Source of the DNA: Candidatus Aenigmatarchaeota archaeon
GTDB lineage: Archaea; Aenigmatarchaeota; Aenigmatarchaeia; GW2011-AR5
Reading direction: 5' to 3'
DNA: 64,000 nucleotides
Assembly (NCBI GenBank): GCA_016187335.1
Contig: JACPJW010000001.1
Location: 743,143 to 807,142, forward strand
Part shown: positions 58,142 to 64,000 of the stretch, in pieces
How positions within the stretch are numbered: the stretch's first letter is position 1
How the letters are laid out: every line of letters begins with the position of its first letter
The notes under the pieces: generated by a model
What the model saw: the letters and a program-made list of their open reading frames with translations, nothing else
What the model was told of the DNA's origin: nothing
Databases searched by the model: none
Program-made: the position numbers and the translations under genes

Positions 58142-60156
58142 GCAGCAATCCTTGACGTATGGTCTTCCTTGTAGATGCGGATGACGTTGTCAACGTACGT
58201 GTCTATCTTGGGCTCGTGCGAAACAATGACCACTTGCTTTAGCTTCAGTTCATTCAGCACCTCCCTTATCCTGTCCAGCTGCTCGGTGCTGAAGCCGTCC
58301 GTGGGCTCGTCCAGAATAAGCAGGTCCTTTGTTTTAATTGAATGTATCATGTCGTTTATCACGCGATTCAGCGCAAGCCGGTACGCCAGAGCTACCGATG
58401 TTTTTTCGCCCCCCGACAGGTTCCTGTATTCCGTTTCGTAGCCGTTCTGCTCTATTATGGGCGTGAACTGCTCGTCTATCCTCACCGCCAGGGCGTCGCT
58501 CATCAGCAATGAAAACCATTTCTGGAAGCATCCGTCAAATTCCCTTTGTATTGCCAGCATGACGTTCTTTTCCATGGAGTCCATGAGCGCCGTGAAGTGA
58601 TTCCCCAGCCAGTTCATCATTTCGTTCAGCATTTCTATTTTCTGGAAAGCCTTTTTCTTTTCCTCTATTTCTTCCCTGATTTTGGCTATCCGGCCTGCCG
58701 TTTCCCTGAGTTCTGTCTCCATTGACGCGTGCTTTCTCTGCTCGGTTATATACATGGCATTGATTTCATCGAATCTCTTTTCGGCATCCCTGAGTATTTT
58801 TTCGTATTTTCCGGATTCGGACGCCCTGCTTTCAAGGCTTCCTATATCCCTCTCCAGGATTGCTATTTCTTTGTCACACTCGGCATTTTCCGAGGAAAGC
58901 ATGCCGCGCCTTTTTTCAATCTCATTTATTTCCTGCTCCAGCGAATACCTTCTCTCTATGGCGTATAAGTAGTCTTTAGCGTCCATCTGCTTTTTCCTTA
59001 AAGACGCTATTTTTTCTGCCACCGCTTCTTCTTTTTCCGACAGCTCAGCCGCAAGCCGGGAGTTGAGCTGTATGCTGGCTGCAAAGCTCTCCTTGTCATG
59101 AACGGGCTGGCCGCACACCTCGCATATGCCGCGCTCGTGTATCCTTTTCAGGTTTTCTGCGTGCGCTTGCGCCCTGCTTTTTTCGTAAACAACGCCGCTT
59201 TTTTCTTTCTCTCCGCTTTCAATCGCCGCCTTTATCTGGTCGGGATCCATGTCAGGCTTCCTGACAGCGCTGTATTTTTCCAGGCTGCCTTTTCTTGAAG
59301 CGGCCCTTTCTTCCATCTCCTTTATTTCGGCGGCGTTCCTTTCGCGCCTTTTTTTCCTTGCCGATTTCTCCTTTTCCTTGGTTTCGATGTCTTTCCTGAT
59401 GGAAGCGAAATTGTCGACGTCTTTCCTCGCCTTTTCTGTTTCATTTCTTTTTATTATTATTTCGTTTTCTATTTTTTTCATTATTATCGACTGGTTTTCC
59501 AGCTCGGAGGATATTTTTTTCACTTTGTCCTCCTTTTCAAGAAGTTCCTCCTTCCTGATTTCCAGGTCTTTTGTGTAGCCCTCCAGCGATTTTTTCTCTT
59601 CCCTGGCAGCGGAAAGCAGTAGCGAGACGTTGCTCTTTATCGTCCCGTACTTGTCAACGTCAAATATTTTTCTCAGCGTTTCAAGCCTCCCTTCGTTCTC
59701 AATTATCTGCTTCATCTCTTCCTGCGGGGTGTAAACGGTGTAGCGGAATATGGGCCTGTTTTTCCTCAGCATCTCCTGCGGGTATCCGATCAGGTCGAGT
59801 ATTTTTGCCGTAAGCTCCGTGGGGGTAAGCTCGTTCCTGTAGCCGTTTACGGAAAGATAGCCCGGCTCCTGGTTTATTGAGTCTTTCCTTTTTTTCAGCA
59901 CTCTTTTGACATTTATTTCCCTGCCGTCAGAAAGAAACTCCAGCTCTATCTCGCCCGTTTCGCAGCCGTGCCTCAGGAGGTCCGGGCCTGTTATCTCGCC
60001 CCGCCTTATGCCGAACAGGGCAAAGTCTATCGCTATAAGCAGCGTGCTCTTCCCCGAGCCTATGTCGCCCGAAAGCAGGGTGGACCCCAGGGGAAAGTCT
60101 ATCCTGGCATCTGAATAACTCCTTACGTTTTTCAGGCGCAGCGATTTCAGCAGCAT
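58138..60156 (-). CDS. rad50: Rad50 ATPase
   Basis: GDIGSGKST, CEVC zinc hook, LSGGE, LDEPT. Confidence 0.93.
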   Translation of the reverse strand: MLLKSLRLKNVRSYSDARIDFPLGSTLLSGDIGSGKSTLLIAIDFALFGIRRGEITGPDLLRHGCETGEIELEFLSDGREINVKRVLKKRKDSINQEPGYLSVNGYRNELTPTELTAKILDLIGYPQEMLRKNRPIFRYTVYTPQEEMKQIIENEGRLETLRKIFDVDKYGTIKSNVSLLLSAAREEKKSLEGYTKDLEIRKEELLEKEDKVKKISSELENQSIIMKKIENEIIIKRNETEKARKDVDNFASIRKDIETKEKEKSARKKRRERNAAEIKEMEERAASRKGSLEKYSAVRKPDMDPDQIKAAIESGEKEKSGVVYEKSRAQAHAENLKRIHERGICEVCGQPVHDKESFAASIQLNSRLAAELSEKEEAVAEKIASLRKKQMDAKDYLYAIERRYSLEQEINEIEKRRGMLSSENAECDKEIAILERDIGSLESRASESGKYEKILRDAEKRFDEINAMYITEQRKHASMETELRETAGRIAKIREEIEEKKKAFQKIEMLNEMMNWLGNHFTALMDSMEKNVMLAIQREFDGCFQKWFSLLMSDALAVRIDEQFTPIIEQNGYETEYRNLSGGEKTSVALAYRLALNRVINDMIHSIKTKDLLILDEPTDGFSTEQLDRIREVLNELKLKQVVIVSHEPKIDTYVDNVIRIYKEDHTSRIAA

Positions 60157-60178
60157 AATCAGAACCCCTCATATTATT

Positions 60179-60254
60179 TTTGATGAAACTTTTTCTAAAA
60201 GTTTCTTTGATGAAACTTTTTCTAAAAGTTTCTTTGATGAAACTTTTTCTAAAA
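60179..60254 (-). repeat. Tandem ~2.8 x 27-nt copies of the dispersed palindromic repeat
   Basis: Unit TTTGATGAAACTTTTTCTAAAAGTTTC. Confidence 0.85.
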
Positions 60255-61472
60255 TATTCCCAGGATTTTTCTTCCGGCTGACTTTATCCTTTCCTCGTAA
60301 GCCCTTGATGATTCGTCTTCCTGCTTTTCCTCCTTCAGGACGCTCATCAGGCTGGTTATCAGGTTTTCCGTTTCATTCCTGCCAAGCCAAGAAACCTTCA
60401 TTTTTTCAGAGTTGGCTGAAACGATTTCCATCTCCATCTCTTCCGTGCTTACGTGCTCTTTCACCAGGATTTCTCCCAGTTCCTTCGAGGTTATCTTCAT
60501 GTTTTTCTTTACGGAAAGCGCTCCTTTTCCCGCCGCCATAGCGATCACGGGCTTGAGGTTTATGTCGCTGGTCTTTCCGTCTATGGTTCCTTCAATTTTC
60601 ATCAGCAGTATCTTCCCCTCGAGGTTTTCTTTCTCGACGGCTTTTTCCGCTTCTTTCTGTATTTCCGCCGGCATCTTCCCGTCGGCGTTTATTTTTATGA
60701 TGCACACGTCGCACAGCTTTGCCGAAACCCGCTTCACGGAAACAGGCCCGGGCGGCGTATTGCTTGTGTCAAGGTCCACGATGTAAAAGCCGCTGTCATA
60801 CCTTTCAAGCTCGTGAAAATCCGCGGGAAAAAGAGGACCCGGGAACGCCACGCGGCTCTTTTCGTCGTAAGAATGGGCATGAATGTGGCCGGATGCGTAA
60901 TATTCAAAGCCTTTCGGCAGCAGCGATAGCGGTATTCCCGCGCCGAAATTTTCAGGCAGGTTTTCGGAAATGCCCGAATGAAAAACAAATATTTTCCTGC
61001 CCTTTTCGTTTTCAATTCCTCTGTCAAGGTTCTCAAAATACGAGCGCTCCAGGGCGCCCCTGCGCCCTACTACCCCGCATAATCTGGCGCCGGTTTTCCT
61101 GTCCTCGGTGAACTCAAGGAAGATTTTTCCGCCAGCTTCCCTGATTTTTCCTACGTTTGCCAGCAGCCCCGCGTCCTCAAGGACGTTGAGCATGCTCTTT
61201 CCCGTCGGCGAGAAGTCATGAGAGCCCGCTATGGCGTATACATTGATGCCAGCTTCTTTCAGCCGCCGCAACTCCAGCGCCGCTTTTCTTATTACGTCTA
61301 TGGAAGGCAGTGACGTGTCAAAGAAGTCGCCAGCAATGATGACAAAATCCACAGCTTCTTCGATGCACCTGTCAACGGCTTTTTCCCACGCTTTCAGCGG
61401 ATATTCCCGCAGGTCCGGGTGGTTGTTCCACGAGCCCAGGTGCACGTCAGAAATGTGGGCAAATCTTGCCAT
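60249..61472 (-). CDS. mre11: Mre11 nuclease
   Basis: SDVHLG, AGDFFD, GSHD, GHIH; upstream of rad50. Confidence 0.93.
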   Translation of the reverse strand: MARFAHISDVHLGSWNNHPDLREYPLKAWEKAVDRCIEEAVDFVIIAGDFFDTSLPSIDVIRKAALELRRLKEAGINVYAIAGSHDFSPTGKSMLNVLEDAGLLANVGKIREAGGKIFLEFTEDRKTGARLCGVVGRRGALERSYFENLDRGIENEKGRKIFVFHSGISENLPENFGAGIPLSLLPKGFEYYASGHIHAHSYDEKSRVAFPGPLFPADFHELERYDSGFYIVDLDTSNTPPGPVSVKRVSAKLCDVCIIKINADGKMPAEIQKEAEKAVEKENLEGKILLMKIEGTIDGKTSDINLKPVIAMAAGKGALSVKKNMKITSKELGEILVKEHVSTEEMEMEIVSANSEKMKVSWLGRNETENLITSLMSVLKEEKQEDESSRAYEERIKSAGRKILGIF

Positions 61473-61579
61473 GTCATAAAAGAAGCAGCCAAAACTTAAA
61501 TCTGCAAAGAGCGAAGCTCTTTGCGATGACAGAAGATTTTCGAGCTTGAATGTTCAGGTTTCAGCTTTAATTTTCGCAA

Positions 61580-62416
61580 TCAAGGCAGTCTTTTGGCGAT
61601 CCTTTCAGGTCCCTTCGCAGCCTCAGCCCTTTCCGTTATTGCCTTGATGCTTTTCCTTCGGGTTTCCTGCCTTCCCCTTTCCTGCTCAAGCTCTTTCCTG
61701 GCGGATGATTCAATCATTTCTTCCCTTGTCTCGGGAGCGGATATCGTTGCGGCAGCCAGCTGTCCTGACACCGGCAATTCTTGAGGATGGATTATCTCCG
61801 GAATTCCTGTTACAGCTAAAATTTTTCTCTCCGCGCTTATCCTTGCGCTCTTTTCCAGAGAGTTGTTTATTGCCCTGTCTATGGAATGCTTCGCTTTTTC
61901 CGGTACCTTCTCCCTTACAAGCTCAAGGACAAGCGTGCTTTTCTGGAGCGTGTCCTCCGTTTCCCTGGCGATAGCAGAAATATTCGCGCCGATTCCCTGC
62001 GTCCTGTTCAGTTCCTCGTTGTATTCGTTTATGTATCTCAGCGCCTCGTCTGTTTTGTTTTTTCTCATCAAATAGCGGGCTTCCGCCAGCCTTTCTTTCG
62101 CAAAGCCCAGGTGCAGCCTTGCCTTATCTTCCCTGCTTACTGCGAGAGCTTCCCTGAAGAATTCGCCCATTCTTTTGAAGACATGGAAAGGGCTGTCAGG
62201 AGCGATTCCGGGGCTGGCAAACGATTGTTCTGCCACGTCCAATTCAGCTTCGGTCACCACGGAATCCGAGAAATCTATGCGGGCGGATGCCTGCGAGCCT
62301 ATTTCATTCTGCGCCCATGCGGGGCCTGCAACCAGCGTTATTACTGCGATTACTGCAAACAGCGGCTTCATACTTATCATCTCTATTCTGAATATAAAAA
62401 TAAAAAGGATGCGCAT
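61580..62416 (-). CDS. DUF5667-like secreted helical protein
   Basis: GIAPDSPFHVFKRMGE, ERLAEA. Confidence 0.75.
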   Translation of the reverse strand: MRILFIFIFRIEMISMKPLFAVIAVITLVAGPAWAQNEIGSQASARIDFSDSVVTEAELDVAEQSFASPGIAPDSPFHVFKRMGEFFREALAVSREDKARLHLGFAKERLAEARYLMRKNKTDEALRYINEYNEELNRTQGIGANISAIARETEDTLQKSTLVLELVREKVPEKAKHSIDRAINNSLEKSARISAERKILAVTGIPEIIHPQELPVSGQLAAATISAPETREEMIESSARKELEQERGRQETRRKSIKAITERAEAAKGPERIAKRLP

Positions 62417-62434
62417 CCATTGTTAGTCATCAGG

Positions 62435-62662
62435 TCATTCAGCAAGATATTTCGTGACCGGAGATTCCATTACTGTCGTGGACCTTTTGACAAGGTGAAC
62501 GTCCGAAGCGCACACCGGGCATTTGATAGGGCGGAAATAATATTCGTCCCCGCAATTGTCGCATTTCCAGACATTGTAATTCCTCTTCCGGGCCTTGGGT
62601 TTTAACGTCAGGACGTGGATGATTTTCTTTTCCTTCTTGCTGAACAGTTTTTCCAGCAGCAT
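62435..62662 (-). CDS. Small zinc-ribbon protein
   Basis: CDNC..CPVC. Confidence 0.7.
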   Translation of the reverse strand: MLLEKLFSKKEKKIIHVLTLKPKARKRNYNVWKCDNCGDEYYFRPIKCPVCASDVHLVKRSTTVMESPVTKYLAE

Positions 62663-63172
62663 CTAATCAGCTCCGTTTCTGGCCTTGATGTGGAACCCGA
62701 AACCTTCGGACCTTTTGTGAAAGCTGCGGGTTCTTGTGAGGTACAGATTATAAGAGTGGCCGTCAAGGTTCATGGTGCCGTGCCACAATTTTGTGTTATT
62801 TTCCTTGGGCTTCAGGCTGAAAGAGCCCACAAGCGTGTCGTTCCTGTAAAGGCTGCCTGATAATGAGCCGTTGCTGATAGAGACGTTTCCCGCCTTTATG
62901 CGGCGGCTCCCTATTCTCATGAAACCGTGCAGGGCAACCCCTTCGTTATAGGATTTTTTTGCGGCAATCAGCAGCTTTACGTCCCTGAACGATTCCGGGT
63001 CGTTAACCCAGACGGCAGCCCCTCTCGCGATCAGCCTCAGGCCATTTATCTCTTCCGGGGAAAAAATGCCGACCTGGTTCCCGCCCGTTGAATCCGCCGG
63101 TATGTTGATTAATGTTATTATCATTATCGGCATCCTGTTTGTTTTTTCCTTCATTCCGACCACCCTTTCCAC
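62663..63172 (-). CDS. Hypothetical protein
   Basis: 169-aa ORF. Confidence 0.6.
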   Translation of the reverse strand: MERVVGMKEKTNRMPIMIITLINIPADSTGGNQVGIFSPEEINGLRLIARGAAVWVNDPESFRDVKLLIAAKKSYNEGVALHGFMRIGSRRIKAGNVSISNGSLSGSLYRNDTLVGSFSLKPKENNTKLWHGTMNLDGHSYNLYLTRTRSFHKRSEGFGFHIKARNGAD

Positions 63173-63323
63173 TCAGCTTCACCAGCTGCTCATGATATGT
63201 AAATATAGACTGTTTCACCAATGAGAAGGCGTGGTGAAACAGTCGTGAAACAATTGTAATTCATGTGTAAAGGAGTAAGTAAGAAAGAAATTTTTAAATA
63301 TTCTCAAAACAAGAAAAAATGTA

Positions 63324-63770
63324 ATGAAAATAGCTGATTTGTTTTCAAGAATAGTCACAAGTTATAGAGATTTCTCTATTAGAAGAAAACAAGAAGTAGA
63401 GAGAGTTAGAAATGCGCGGTCTGACCTAATAAAAGAGTTGGAATCTCACGGCATACATGCTTGGGATAATGAATACAGACCAGATTTAGGGCCTGATTCA
63501 TTGGATTTCGCACCTCAAATAACAGAAGAATGTCTGTCAGTAGGCGTTTCAACGCCATGGTTGCTTGAAGACCACCTTATGACAGAAGGATACGTAAATT
63601 TCGTAAATAAGACTGCCCGGCAAATAGCTTCTCGATATGGTCTTAGAAGCTTTAGTTTGGATTCGGATTATTCCGGATTTGGTGTTGTAAGCTACGTAGG
63701 GTTCAGGCTTCAACCTCAACCCCCTTTATGCAGATCCGGTTCCTGTGCTATTCCTCTTTCAGCCAGGTGA
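63324..63770 (+). CDS. Hypothetical protein
   Basis: 148-aa ORF. Confidence 0.5.
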   Translation: MKIADLFSRIVTSYRDFSIRRKQEVERVRNARSDLIKELESHGIHAWDNEYRPDLGPDSLDFAPQITEECLSVGVSTPWLLEDHLMTEGYVNFVNKTARQIASRYGLRSFSLDSDYSGFGVVSYVGFRLQPQPPLCRSGSCAIPLSAR

Positions 63771-64000
63771 GCCTGTTCGTCCTGCCTTTCCTTTTCTTTG
63801 CCAGCAGCCTTTTCTCCGCAAGCTTCTGCACGATTCTGGTCATTTTTGCCCGCGAGAACTTGAATTCCTGCTCCACTTTATTCTGGTAAGCGGTTTTGTG
63901 TTTTTCCATGTACTCTATCACCTTCTTTTCGTCCTCGCGGAAGCCGGTGAAGAATTCCTGTCTTGCATTTTCCTTTGCATGCCGGGATACCTTCTTGTGG
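63748..64000 (-). CDS. Partial gene with C-terminal winged-helix domain
   Basis: ..EDEKKVIEYM..YQNKV..FSRAKMTRIVQKL..KGRTNRL; runs off the window edge. Confidence 0.75.
   Translation of the reverse strand, partial: HKKVSRHAKENARQEFFTGFREDEKKVIEYMEKHKTAYQNKVEQEFKFSRAKMTRIVQKLAEKRLLAKKRKGRTNRLTWLKEE

Noticed and set aside
60179-60254. CRISPR array
   Set aside because: Repeats are contiguous with no spacers, and there are no cas genes in the window.

Overview
Archaeal genomic DNA, probably from a small-genome DPANN-type lineage. This is inferred from GGTGA ribosome-binding sites, archease, RtcB, SepF, Nre, Mre11/Rad50 and a histone-fold gene. Most of the window is housekeeping, repair, membrane and secreted-protein genes, plus a purine-biosynthesis cluster. 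The main finding is that the tRNA-splicing ligase gene rtcB (22034-23532, minus) is interrupted inside its conserved MPDGH-x-GYGFPIGG motif by a 29-nt hairpin with bulge-helix-bulge (BHB) geometry. Cutting at the canonical BHB positions removes exactly that insert and restores the frame, so it looks like an mRNA intron that needs RtcB for its own splicing. A free-standing LAGLIDADG endonuclease gene is translationally coupled just upstream. Other notable items: a tRNA-Thr(UGU) with a D-loop intron of the same relaxed BHB geometry that carries a dispersed palindromic repeat; a 3.5-kb IS6-family cargo transposon (IRs plus 8-bp TSD) carrying a methyltransferase, a putative restriction enzyme and a protease; dif-like sites around an ADP-ribosylglycohydrolase cassette; and several unannotated micro-genes (short histone, minimal SWIB-like protein, Lys/Arg-rich peptides). 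Family calls come from motif recognition only; no searches were run.
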